From: Actinomycetota bacterium
GTDB lineage: Bacteria; Actinomycetota; Actinomycetes; Nanopelagicales; Nanopelagicaceae
Length of the DNA: 55,632 nt
Direction of reading: 5' to 3'
Assembly (NCBI GenBank): GCA_009699375.1
Contig: WLOF01000001.1
Coordinates: forward strand, 1-55,632
Shown here: in pieces, positions 38,844 to 47,398 of the stretch
Position numbering within the stretch: the first letter of the stretch is position 1
How the letters are laid out: every line of letters starts with the position of its first letter
Program-made: the position numbers and the translations under genes
Notes under the pieces: model-generated
What the model was told of the DNA's origin: nothing
Seen by the model: the letters and a program-made list of their open reading frames with translations, nothing else
Database searches by the model: none

Positions 38844-39157
38844 GACTAACGCTTTCTTTTCTCGCAGGACTAGTACTGGGTCTTGCTTCGACTTTGCTGC
38901 ATAACGCATATCAACCTTTGGGTCTCATTGTTTCCGTTGCGGGATCTTCAACTGCACTGTGGATGTTAGGAAAACATTGGGGATCTAGACGTTACAAGTT
39001 CATTGCGTTGGCGGGTTGGCTAGTTGTAGTTTTTAAAGCAAGCTCATTAGGAACCGGTGGAGAGTTACTTATTGAAGGAAATACCACAGGTGTGATATTT
39101 CTGGTCAGTGGTTTAATACTTTTGATAGTGGTTAGCGCCATTCCCATTCCTGAGTAG
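38840..39157 (+). CDS. small integral membrane protein (3-4 helices; Rv1171-like position)
   Basis: 105 aa, almost entirely hydrophobic. ATGA overlap with the mshB stop. The 3' end overlaps convergent cysS by 26 nt. Confidence 0.6.
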   Translation: MRLTLSFLAGLVLGLASTLLHNAYQPLGLIVSVAGSSTALWMLGKHWGSRRYKFIALAGWLVVVFKASSLGTGGELLIEGNTTGVIFLVSGLILLIVVSAIPIPE

Positions 39158-40502
39158 CTGCAGTATCTTTGATAATCAAACCGTTGCTTTCAAGAATTTT
39201 CCTTAGTCGATCACTTTCTTCCCAATTCTTTTCGCGTCTGGCAATTTCACGTTGCTTTAAAGTTTCGGCAACATCATTGGGTAAGGGTTTTATGATTTCC
39301 TGTCTGCCGAGGTCAAGTCCCAGAACTTTGTCAGCATAAAGAAATAGCGCTGCCTTCTCTTCACTAGTTCTGCTCATATCTTTTTCGGCGCTTCGTAAGA
39401 GAGAAATTAGGCGCGGAGTATCTAAGTCCTTATTTATAGTTTCGAGCACTTCTGCGTTATTAGCTACCGAGATATTTCTGTAAGGATTTACTAGCGCTCT
39501 CCAGCGTTTCAGAGTGGTATGTGCTGCTGAAATTGCGCTCCACGTCAGATCCATCTGCATGCGATAACGATTTTCAAGGAATGCCAATCGAATGCTTAGC
39601 GGGTCGTAACCACCCTCTATTACTTCACTGAGCAGGAGTACGTTATTCGCACTCTTAGACATTTTTCTTCCTTCGAATAATAAATGCTCTCCGTGCGACC
39701 AAAGTAGGACGGTATCTGTGCCAGTAATCGCATCAGATTGGGCTCTTTCATTTTCATGATGCGGAAACCTCAGATCGATTCCTCCAACGTGCACATCAAT
39801 ACGCTTACCTAGGTACTCCAATGACATTGCAGAGCACTCAATGTGCCATCCAGGAAATCCAGAACCCCACGGTGAATCCCAAATCATTTCAGTTCGATGA
39901 GTAGCTATCTTCCATAGCGCCCAATCTGCATGAAAGCGTTTAGCCCCACCTTCTGTGTATTCGTAACGATGGCCGGGTTTAAGTGCATCTAATCGATTTC
40001 CGCTGACTTGTCCATAATTCGGGAAAGACTTGGCATCAAAATACACACAACCATCGCTACCAATATAGGCATGATTCTTTTTTAGCAGCTCTGCAATTAA
40101 TTCGTGCATAAGAGCAATTGATTCGCTTGCTCGCGGATACAAGTCAGCTTTAGCAATATTCAGTAGAGCAAGGTCATTGTGAAAGATGAGTTCATATTTA
40201 CGAGCAAGAGAAAATGGGTCAACTTTTTCCAAAGCAGATTGAGAAAGTATTTTGTCTTCTTCCTCTACATCCTCTGTCATATGCCCAACGTCGGTGATGT
40301 TTTGAACAAGTTTTACGGCCAACCCATTGAGTTCAAGGGTTTTTTTAATCAAGTCAGCCAATAAGAATGTTCTGAGATTCCCAACGTGTGCTGGCCGATA
40401 AACAGTTGGTCCACAGCAGTAGATTTTTACTAGGCCGTCCTCATCTTGCACCTCAAGATTTTGACGACTTTTAGTGTCGTAAAGGCTCAATCTATTTAGC
40501 AT
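39132..40502 (-). CDS. cysS: cysteine--tRNA ligase
   Basis: 456 aa. CCGPTVYRPAHVGN (HxGN variant as in Bacillus CysRS), WHIECSAM, FPHHENE and KMSKS motifs. The CysRS-specific C-terminal tail (REIARREKNWEESDRLRKILESNGLIIKDTAATQEWEW) argues against MshC. Confidence 0.85.
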   Translation of the reverse strand: MLNRLSLYDTKSRQNLEVQDEDGLVKIYCCGPTVYRPAHVGNLRTFLLADLIKKTLELNGLAVKLVQNITDVGHMTEDVEEEDKILSQSALEKVDPFSLARKYELIFHNDLALLNIAKADLYPRASESIALMHELIAELLKKNHAYIGSDGCVYFDAKSFPNYGQVSGNRLDALKPGHRYEYTEGGAKRFHADWALWKIATHRTEMIWDSPWGSGFPGWHIECSAMSLEYLGKRIDVHVGGIDLRFPHHENERAQSDAITGTDTVLLWSHGEHLLFEGRKMSKSANNVLLLSEVIEGGYDPLSIRLAFLENRYRMQMDLTWSAISAAHTTLKRWRALVNPYRNISVANNAEVLETINKDLDTPRLISLLRSAEKDMSRTSEEKAALFLYADKVLGLDLGRQEIIKPLPNDVAETLKQREIARREKNWEESDRLRKILESNGLIIKDTAATQEWEWR

Positions 40503-41461
40503 GACTGCTCACCTTTAATTTCAGGGTGAGCCATATAGCGATAGGCATGGTGAAATGTAAATCCCATCCCTTCATAGAGGGCAATTGCGCCAAAATTCTT
40601 TGAGTCGACTTGAAGTAGCGCTTTAGTTGCTCCCAACTTGTGGGCTCCTGCGAGTAAGCGCTCCATGCATGCTCGTCCGATTCCTTGTCCTCTAAATTCA
40701 TCGCGAACATAGAGACGACTGAGCGTTGTCCATTTTTCGAAGTTGCTTGCTCTACCAACAGCAATCAATTTTCCATCCAACCGGCCCGAGATATAAATCG
40801 CGGGATAACTTCCCATTATTTCTTCAATGCCTTCGTCATCTTGAACTTGAAGCCATTCAAGCGATGGCTTATCTGATGACTCCCAAAATATTTCACCTGT
40901 GGGCTCTGAATAACTTTCAGAAATATCGCTCACCATGACGTGTGCTAGAACTTTCTCTTCCCAACCGCGTTTAGAAAGTTCATGATCAAGTTGTTCATAT
41001 GATGGAAGTGGGATGTGAAAAACTGGAACAATTTCTCTTTCCTGGTAGAAATGAATAACCTTTTCGATTGCTCTTTCCAGTTCAATTCCTGGATTTCCGA
41101 ATGGAACTTCGCCTAAGGGTAAAACTGAGTTAGCGCGTAATGTAAAAGGCCCACTCGCACGTAAGAGCCAGCCACCAATTCTCATCTCTTCCTTTGCAGG
41201 CCACGTTGCATTTGCTGCAGTTTCAAGTTCGAGAATGCGCATACTTAAAGGAGCGCCGCGGCCAGCGCGATCTGGAACAGGTTTGATCTCACGCCATACT
41301 GCAATCTGGTCAGACAAGAAGTGAGCTATCGAACCGTCAGATTTCTTAATGCTATTGAGGGTTTCTAAGGTGCCAACGACATCCCGATAACCTCCACCGG
41401 GTTCGTGCAGGCGCACTGTGATGCGCGCCCCAATGTTTTCGCTCCCAGGTCCCATAGGCAC
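40496..41461 (-). CDS. two-domain GNAT family N-acetyltransferase (Rv0428c/Cg3035-like; possible N-acetylglutamate synthase)
   Basis: 321 aa. ITVRLHEPGGGYRDVVGTLE N-terminus, GGWLLRASGPFTLRANSVLPLG motif, and a C-terminal GNAT core (RGQGIGRACMERLL). The family assignment is from memory of the motif and was not searched. Confidence 0.6.
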   Translation of the reverse strand: MPMGPGSENIGARITVRLHEPGGGYRDVVGTLETLNSIKKSDGSIAHFLSDQIAVWREIKPVPDRAGRGAPLSMRILELETAANATWPAKEEMRIGGWLLRASGPFTLRANSVLPLGEVPFGNPGIELERAIEKVIHFYQEREIVPVFHIPLPSYEQLDHELSKRGWEEKVLAHVMVSDISESYSEPTGEIFWESSDKPSLEWLQVQDDEGIEEIMGSYPAIYISGRLDGKLIAVGRASNFEKWTTLSRLYVRDEFRGQGIGRACMERLLAGAHKLGATKALLQVDSKNFGAIALYEGMGFTFHHAYRYMAHPEIKGEQSC

Positions 41462-41547
41462 ACGATAATTGGAAACTGCGTAGATAGTGTGCCCAATTTG
41501 TGAAGAGATGATTAGAATGGCGTCATTCGTTCCCTTGGAGGTTCACC

Positions 41548-41865
41548 TTGACGTACATCATCGCCCAACCTTGCATAGACGTGAAAGACAAGTCCTGCAT
41601 CGAAGAGTGCCCGGTTGATTGCATCTACGAAGGAAATCGGATGCTTTACATTCAGCCAGATGAATGTGTTGATTGTGGTGCTTGCGAACCTGTGTGCCCA
41701 GTTGAGGCCATTTATTATGAAGATGATGTGCCGGGGCAGTGGAAAGATTTCTCTAAAGTTAATGCTGAATTTTTTGTTGAATTGGGATCACCTGGTGGCG
41801 CCAGCAAAGTCGGTCAGACAAACGCTGATCATGCATCAGTAGTCGCTTCTCCGCCACAAGCTTAA
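41548..41865 (+). CDS. fdxA: 7Fe ferredoxin ([3Fe-4S][4Fe-4S])
   Basis: 105 aa. CIDVKDKSCIEECPVDCIY and CVDCGACEPVCPVEAI cluster motifs. TTG start 7 nt after GGAGG. Confidence 0.92.
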   Translation: MTYIIAQPCIDVKDKSCIEECPVDCIYEGNRMLYIQPDECVDCGACEPVCPVEAIYYEDDVPGQWKDFSKVNAEFFVELGSPGGASKVGQTNADHASVVASPPQA

Positions 41866-41877
41866 AAAGGGTTCACT

Positions 41878-42963
41878 CTGAAACTGCCTGATTTCCCTTG
41901 GGATGCACTTGCTCCCTATGGAGATCGCGCAAAGCTACATCCTGGCGGAATCATTGATCTTTCTGTTGGTACTCCGGTAGATCCAACTCCAGAATTTATA
42001 CAAAAAGCTCTGCGTGAAAATTCAAACGCCCCCGGTTATCCCCTCACTGCAGGCACTCCTCAATTGCGGGAAGCAATTAAAAAATGGTCGATAGAAACCC
42101 TTGGTGCAACGGGAGACTTCGATGTTCTTCCTGTCATTGGTTCAAAAGAATTTGTTGCATGGTTGCCAACCTTGTTAGAAGTTAACAGTGTTATTTTTCC
42201 AGAAGTTGCGTATCCGACGTACAGCGTTGGTGCAATTTTGGCTGGAGCAACTGGCTTTCCCGTGGAAATTTCGCCATCAGCTTGGCCGACTGCTCAATTG
42301 GCCTGGATTAATTCGCCATCAAATCCAACTGGTCGTGTGCATTCCGAATCAGAAATGGCAGAGGTAATTGCGTGGTCAAGAAAGAGTAATAGCGTTCTTG
42401 TATCGGATGAGTGTTATTTTGAGTTCGGGCATGGGGTTAAGCCGCATTCCATTATGGAATTTACTGGTGGCGACAACACAAATATTCTTGCTGTGCATTC
42501 TCTTTCAAAGCGTTCCTCAATGGCTGGCTATAGAGCCGCCTTTGTCATTGGGGATTCGAAATTGATTGCTCGCATCAGAGAAATTCGAAAGCATGCTGGA
42601 ATGATCGTGAGCTTGCCAGTACAAGAAGCAATGGTTTCGGCACTCTCTGATGGCGAACATGTCGCAAAGCATAGAGAGCGTTACAACTTACGCAGAGAAA
42701 AACTGAAGCCAGCGCTCGAACGAGTTGGATTTACAATTCAAGAGTCAAAAGCCGGACTCTATATCTGGTGCACGCGCAATGAATCTGATTGGGCCAGTGT
42801 TGAATGGTTGGCAAATTTGGGAATTCTTGCAACACCTGGAAATTTTTATGGCGAAAAGGGTGCTAGAAATATTCGACTTGCTCTTACTGCAACAGATAAA
42901 GCCATTGATGAGGCTGTAATTCGATTAACAAATGCCCCAGCGCATGGAAGCAAGAATGACTGA
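41878..42963 (+). CDS. dapC: succinyldiaminopimelate aminotransferase (DapC, actinobacterial type); probable CTG start
   Basis: PLP-lysine motif HSLSKRSSMAGYR. The conserved DapC N-terminus LPDFPWDALAPYGDRAKLHPGGIIDLSVGTPVDP is encoded upstream of the first canonical start (TTG 42064). The only start-like codons between the upstream TAA (41863-65) and this motif are CTG 41878 and CTG 41884. AAAGGG lies 6 nt upstream of CTG 41878. Confidence 0.8.
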   Translation: MKLPDFPWDALAPYGDRAKLHPGGIIDLSVGTPVDPTPEFIQKALRENSNAPGYPLTAGTPQLREAIKKWSIETLGATGDFDVLPVIGSKEFVAWLPTLLEVNSVIFPEVAYPTYSVGAILAGATGFPVEISPSAWPTAQLAWINSPSNPTGRVHSESEMAEVIAWSRKSNSVLVSDECYFEFGHGVKPHSIMEFTGGDNTNILAVHSLSKRSSMAGYRAAFVIGDSKLIARIREIRKHAGMIVSLPVQEAMVSALSDGEHVAKHRERYNLRREKLKPALERVGFTIQESKAGLYIWCTRNESDWASVEWLANLGILATPGNFYGEKGARNIRLALTATDKAIDEAVIRLTNAPAHGSKND

Positions 42964-43927
42964 GGCAATTTTATTAGTTGGTGGCATGGGAACACGATTA
43001 ATGCCTTTAACTCGAAATACCCCAAAGCCAATGTTGCCAGTTGCTGGACTGCCAGTGACAGAGCACCAGCTTCTTATGGCCAAGCGCGCAGGAATAACTT
43101 CCGTTGTTCTAGCAACATCATATTTATCTGAAATTTTTATTCCTTATTTTGGCGATGGATCGAAATGGGGAATGGATTTGCGCTATGCGGTGGAAGATAA
43201 ACCCCTTGGAACCGGGGGAGCGATTAGAAATGCAGCTGCGCACTTGCATGGCGACGACACAGTGGCGATATTTAACGGCGATGTCATCAGTGGCCACGAC
43301 CTTACGGAGCAGATCAATTTTCATGCTCGAAACCAAGCAGAAGTGACTTTGCACTTAACGCGAGTTGATGATGCTCGAGCATACGGTTGCGTCCCCACTG
43401 AAACCGACGGAAGAGTGAGCGCATTTTTAGAGAAGATGGATAAACCGGTTACAAATACTATTAACGCGGGTTGCTATCTTTTCGACAGAAGCGTTATTGA
43501 TCTCATTCCACCCCACAGCGTTGTGAGTATTGAAAGAGAAATCTTTCCTGATTTAGTGTTGCAAGGAAAGAAAGTTTTTGGTTTCATCGATGATTCATAT
43601 TGGTTAGACATTGGAACGCCAACTGCACTGTTGAAAGGCTCTCGAGATCTTGTTGCTGGCGCTTTGGGTGGTCATGCCTCAACCTTTGTAGTTGGACAAG
43701 GATCTCTTATTGACCCAGGCGCACAAGTTGGAGGCGGTTCCGCACTCGGCATAAATGTTCACGTTGAAGAAAGAGCTGTTATTGAAGGATCAATCGTGTG
43801 CGACGAGGTACGTGTGGGACAGGGTTCCCACATCATCGATTCATTTATCGCGCCAGGCATGGTAATTCCGCCCGATAGTAAAATTATCGACAGTTATTGT
43901 GCAAAAGATGGAATTTCACCCCTGTAA
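42956..43927 (+). CDS. manC: mannose-1-phosphate guanylyltransferase / NDP-sugar pyrophosphorylase with C-terminal left-handed beta-helix
   Basis: LLVGGMGTRLMPLT nucleotidyltransferase motif and a C-terminal hexapeptide-repeat region. Start at ATG 42956 (8-nt overlap with dapC). ATG 42944 or 42932 are alternatives. Confidence 0.85.
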   Translation: MTEAILLVGGMGTRLMPLTRNTPKPMLPVAGLPVTEHQLLMAKRAGITSVVLATSYLSEIFIPYFGDGSKWGMDLRYAVEDKPLGTGGAIRNAAAHLHGDDTVAIFNGDVISGHDLTEQINFHARNQAEVTLHLTRVDDARAYGCVPTETDGRVSAFLEKMDKPVTNTINAGCYLFDRSVIDLIPPHSVVSIEREIFPDLVLQGKKVFGFIDDSYWLDIGTPTALLKGSRDLVAGALGGHASTFVVGQGSLIDPGAQVGGGSALGINVHVEERAVIEGSIVCDEVRVGQGSHIIDSFIAPGMVIPPDSKIIDSYCAKDGISPL

Positions 43928-43972
43928 ACCGCAAAATAAGTCACGGAATTACAAAATATCCTCAAATTCGGC

Positions 43973-44001
43973 TTGACTTAATCGACTTACACGCGTGTAA
44001 T
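43973..44001 (+). promoter_or_regulatory. candidate housekeeping-sigma promoter for whiB (TTGACT-N17-TGTAAT)
   Basis: TTGACT at 43973-43978, a 17-nt spacer, and TGTAAT at 43996-44001, about 57 nt upstream of the whiB ATG. Pattern match only. Confidence 0.3.
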
Positions 44002-44057
44002 TCATCTATTGGTTTCCCGCCATAGGGGCGGACCCGAAGTTTTGAAGGAGTGCCTGA

Positions 44058-44333
44058 ATGTCTGATATTCGACCTGCTGGCCCAAGCGTGCAACTCGTGA
44101 CTGGAGAGACAGTTGAGCTCTCATGGCAAGAGCGTGCACTCTGCGCCCAGACCGATCCTGAAGCATTCTTCCCTGAAAAAGGTGGTTCTACTCGCGAAGC
44201 AAAGCGGGTATGCATGTCCTGTGATGTTCGCGGTGAATGTTTGGAATATGCCCTCGCTCATGATGAGCGATTTGGAATTTGGGGCGGACTTTCCGAACGC
44301 GAACGTCGTCGCCTTAAGCGCCGTCCCGCGTAA
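44058..44333 (+). CDS. whiB: WhiB family transcriptional regulator (WhiB2/WhmD-like)
   Basis: 91 aa. Four Cys in the C-x(n)-C-x2-C-x5-C arrangement (ALCAQ ... RVCMSCDVRGEC), the GIWGG turn and a basic tail. GAAGGAG SD. Confidence 0.93.
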   Translation: MSDIRPAGPSVQLVTGETVELSWQERALCAQTDPEAFFPEKGGSTREAKRVCMSCDVRGECLEYALAHDERFGIWGGLSERERRRLKRRPA

Positions 44334-44347
44334 CACTGAGTGCAGCT

Positions 44348-47300
44348 ATGGCTGAATCAGCCAAGCGCAATGACGCTCACCATGTAACAGCAATTCTTGT
44401 TGTCCATGACGGTGCAACGTGGCTTCCCGAAGTAGTTGCATCGTTAGCTTCACAAACCCGTGCAGTTGATTCCACAATTGCAATCGACACGGGCTCTGTA
44501 GATTCTTCAACAAAACTTTTACGTAATTCACGCTTTCCATTTGTATCGATATCCCGCGAATCAGGATTTGGAGACGCGGTTAATTCTGCGCTAGAAAATC
44601 TTCCAGATTTGGAAGGCGAAGATGAATGGTTGTGGTTCATTCACGATGACTGTGCACCGGCTAATACTGCGCTCGCCGAACTTTTACGAGCAATCGAGGA
44701 TCGTCCTCACGTGGCAATTGTCGGACCGAAATTACGAGGCTGGTATGACCGAACGCATTTACTTGAAGCCGGTGTCAGCATTGCTGGAAATGGCGCAAGG
44801 TGGACTGGGTTAGAACTTCGCGAATATGACCAAGGTCAACGTGATGGCATCCGAGATGTATTAAGTGTGAGTACTGCAGGAATGCTTGTTCGACGTGAAG
44901 TATTTGAAGAACTTGGCGGATTTGATTCGAACCTATCTCTTTTTAGAGATGATGTTGATCTGGGATGGCGGGCACGCGTTGCTGGACATTCGGTAATAGT
45001 TGCAACAGATTCAGTTGCTTATCACGCAGAAGCTTCTGCATCTGAGCGAAGAGATGTTGATGTCAGCCACGCGTTCCTGCATCGTCCACTGCTACTTGAT
45101 CGAAGAAATGCTTCCTACGTACTCTTGGTAAATTCCTCATTTTGGATTCTTCCTTGGCTTTCCTTGAGACTTCTTATCAGTGCAGCAACGAGATCTATTG
45201 GTTACCTCATTGCGAAACTTCCTGGTTACGCAGCAGATGAGATTCTTGCAGTGGGCTTACTACTCATTCATCCAGGTTTACTTCTTAACGCACGCAAAGT
45301 TCGACGTAGTCAGCGAATGCTCTCTTCTCGCGTTGTTGCAAATTTTATTCCGCCTCGGTGGATGCAATTTCGCTTAAGTATCAATCGCACGGTAGAAACA
45401 TTGAGAGAGAGGTTTTTTCCAACTCCCGCACCTCAAGAGAGTATTTTGGATCCACTTTCAGATGATGAAGATTTACTTGTGCCAGCACCATCTCGGAATT
45501 GGAAATTGCTCGTTATCCGGCCAGAAATCCTAGGAATTGTTTTCTTGTTTGTACTCACCGCCCTCTGGTCTCGACACAGGTACGGCTCAATTTCGGGAGG
45601 CGCGCTTTCCACTACGCCAAGTGGTGCAATGGATCTGTGGCGTAGTTATGCAGATTCTTGGCATGGGGTTGGAATGGGAAGTTCATTCGCAACTCCTACC
45701 TGGATCGCTATTTTGGCGCTTGCCTCAACACTGACATTTGGGAATGTCCCACTTTTAATGGGAATACTTTTTTGGATTTCTCCAATTTTTCTGATGTGGT
45801 CGATGTATGTACTCGCGCGAACATTCACATCGAGAAGGTGGCTAGCAGTCGGAGCGAGCGTGTGTTACGCGCTTTCACCTGTAGCGATAGCTGCGATTAA
45901 TCAGGGAAGATTAGGAACTCTGATCACATTGATCTGCGGGCCAATTATCGTAAAAGCCCTTCCTAGGTTGAATGCAATTCAATCGCAAAGCTGGAAATTT
46001 ATCTTTGGATTGAGTTTGCTTCTTGGCGCTGTAACTGCCTTTTCTCTTCCGTTCTACCTGGCAATTGCTTCGATTTTTCTCAGTGCCGGCGTTAAGGATT
46101 ATTTTCACTACCGTTCACATCGAGAAGACTTCCCATTTCAGGAACGTATTTCACGATGGCTACTATTACTCGCAACACCTTTCGCACTCTGTTTACCATG
46201 GTCACTTGAAGCACTGACGCACCCTTCCCGCTTTCTCTGCGAACCAGGGCTTTCACTTCCTGGGGGATTAGCAAATGCGGTCTTTCTTGGAAACCCCGGC
46301 GGTGTTGGGTCATTACCTTCGTGGTGTGTTGGCCCAGCCACATTTATTATTCTTATTTCACTTTTTTCTTCAACACGTGCTCGTGTGTATGCGCAGTGGG
46401 GTTTTGGATTTATTATTTTTGCCACTTTGATAAGCACTATTTCAATTTCCTCTCATGGAAGCGCAGTGAGTACTCGAGTGTGGGCCGGCACATGGCTCAC
46501 AATTTCTACGATGTGCGCCGTAATTTCTGGAGTGATTATTTTGGATGGTCTTCGTGAGAGATTGGCAAATTCCAATATTCACTATCGCCACATACTTGCT
46601 GGCCTGGGAGTTGCATCTGTCTTGGTTTATTCCGTTACTGCGACTATCTGGATTGTGACATCCGGAGCAAATTCGCCCCTACAAGTCAATAACATCTCTG
46701 TCTTACCTCCGTTTTTAGGAATTTCACCGACTACGAAAACGCTTGTCATCAGAAATTCGAATTCTGGGCCAAGCGCAGAATTATCATTCTTCTTGGCGCG
46801 CGAAAAAGACGCCCTCCTTGGGGATCCTGATGTGGCACCAACATCAACTCCTGCAGTCGATCAAGCGATTAGAGACCTCATTGATGGAAGTGGTTTAACA
46901 AGTAGCAAGATACTTTCTGCGCACGGAATAAAATATTTATTCATGAAAAATCCGGTAGATCAACAGTTAGTCAGGTCAGTAGATGGAATCGGCGGATTTG
47001 TCAGAAATTCTTCCACCGATGCGGGCATCGTTTGGAAAATAATTGGTCCAGGAGGGCGCTTGGTCTTTACAGATCAAAAGGGAGTAAGTACGCCACTTTC
47101 TGTCGGGTCTATTAATGGACGCATTCTTACCCGGTCTTCCGGCACTCTTACTTTGGCAGAAAACTATGACTCTTCCTGGCAGATTATTCAAAACGGAGCC
47201 AAGCTTGTTAGAACAAAAAATGAATACGGACTCCCACAATTCTTAGCTCCAACACCAGGTGAATTTTTCCTTATTCACGATGGAACGGTCCGACGGGGTT

Positions 47301-47398
47301 GGCTCTCCTTGCAAATTATTGTTCTACTCAGCACTTTAGTCATGATTTTGCCTGCAGGACGTCGTAAACGTGAAATTTCCGTGGAGGAGTTAACATGA
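44348..47398 (+). CDS. large membrane glycosyltransferase: N-terminal GT2 domain + polytopic membrane domain + C-terminal extracytoplasmic domain
   Basis: 1016 aa. GT2 features (ILVVHDGATWLPEVV, WLWFIHDDCAP, RDDVDLGWR), then at least 12 hydrophobic segments by eye (about aa 250-760), then a roughly 230-aa non-hydrophobic region and a final TM helix. Confidence 0.85.
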   Translation: MAESAKRNDAHHVTAILVVHDGATWLPEVVASLASQTRAVDSTIAIDTGSVDSSTKLLRNSRFPFVSISRESGFGDAVNSALENLPDLEGEDEWLWFIHDDCAPANTALAELLRAIEDRPHVAIVGPKLRGWYDRTHLLEAGVSIAGNGARWTGLELREYDQGQRDGIRDVLSVSTAGMLVRREVFEELGGFDSNLSLFRDDVDLGWRARVAGHSVIVATDSVAYHAEASASERRDVDVSHAFLHRPLLLDRRNASYVLLVNSSFWILPWLSLRLLISAATRSIGYLIAKLPGYAADEILAVGLLLIHPGLLLNARKVRRSQRMLSSRVVANFIPPRWMQFRLSINRTVETLRERFFPTPAPQESILDPLSDDEDLLVPAPSRNWKLLVIRPEILGIVFLFVLTALWSRHRYGSISGGALSTTPSGAMDLWRSYADSWHGVGMGSSFATPTWIAILALASTLTFGNVPLLMGILFWISPIFLMWSMYVLARTFTSRRWLAVGASVCYALSPVAIAAINQGRLGTLITLICGPIIVKALPRLNAIQSQSWKFIFGLSLLLGAVTAFSLPFYLAIASIFLSAGVKDYFHYRSHREDFPFQERISRWLLLLATPFALCLPWSLEALTHPSRFLCEPGLSLPGGLANAVFLGNPGGVGSLPSWCVGPATFIILISLFSSTRARVYAQWGFGFIIFATLISTISISSHGSAVSTRVWAGTWLTISTMCAVISGVIILDGLRERLANSNIHYRHILAGLGVASVLVYSVTATIWIVTSGANSPLQVNNISVLPPFLGISPTTKTLVIRNSNSGPSAELSFFLAREKDALLGDPDVAPTSTPAVDQAIRDLIDGSGLTSSKILSAHGIKYLFMKNPVDQQLVRSVDGIGGFVRNSSTDAGIVWKIIGPGGRLVFTDQKGVSTPLSVGSINGRILTRSSGTLTLAENYDSSWQIIQNGAKLVRTKNEYGLPQFLAPTPGEFFLIHDGTVRRGWLSLQIIVLLSTLVMILPAGRRKREISVEELT

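Noticed and set aside
39132-41461. Reading cysS plus the GNAT as mshC plus mshD, which would make a mycothiol biosynthesis cluster with mshB.
   Set aside because: The synthetase carries the CysRS-specific C-terminal tail (…REKNWEESDRLRKILESNGLIIKDT..EWEW) and is CysRS-length. The GNAT carries the Rv0428c/Cg3035-type GGWLLRA…RANSVLPLG motif rather than MshD features. The open question is kept as a low-interest finding only.
41548-42963. A ferredoxin-DapC fusion by stop-codon read-through, since the two are in the same frame, separated by a single TAA and 4 codons.
   Set aside because: TAA is an efficient stop. An SD-like AAAGGG sits between the genes at the right distance from CTG 41878. Both proteins are stand-alone in other actinobacteria. 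Independent CTG initiation is the simpler explanation.
44113-44355. Alternative-frame ORFs overlapping whiB (44113-44355 +, 44121-44336 -, 44006-44215 -).
   Set aside because: The WhiB frame has the full four-Cys motif and a strong SD. The overlapping ORFs have no motifs and are the expected by-product of a GC-richer, codon-biased gene.
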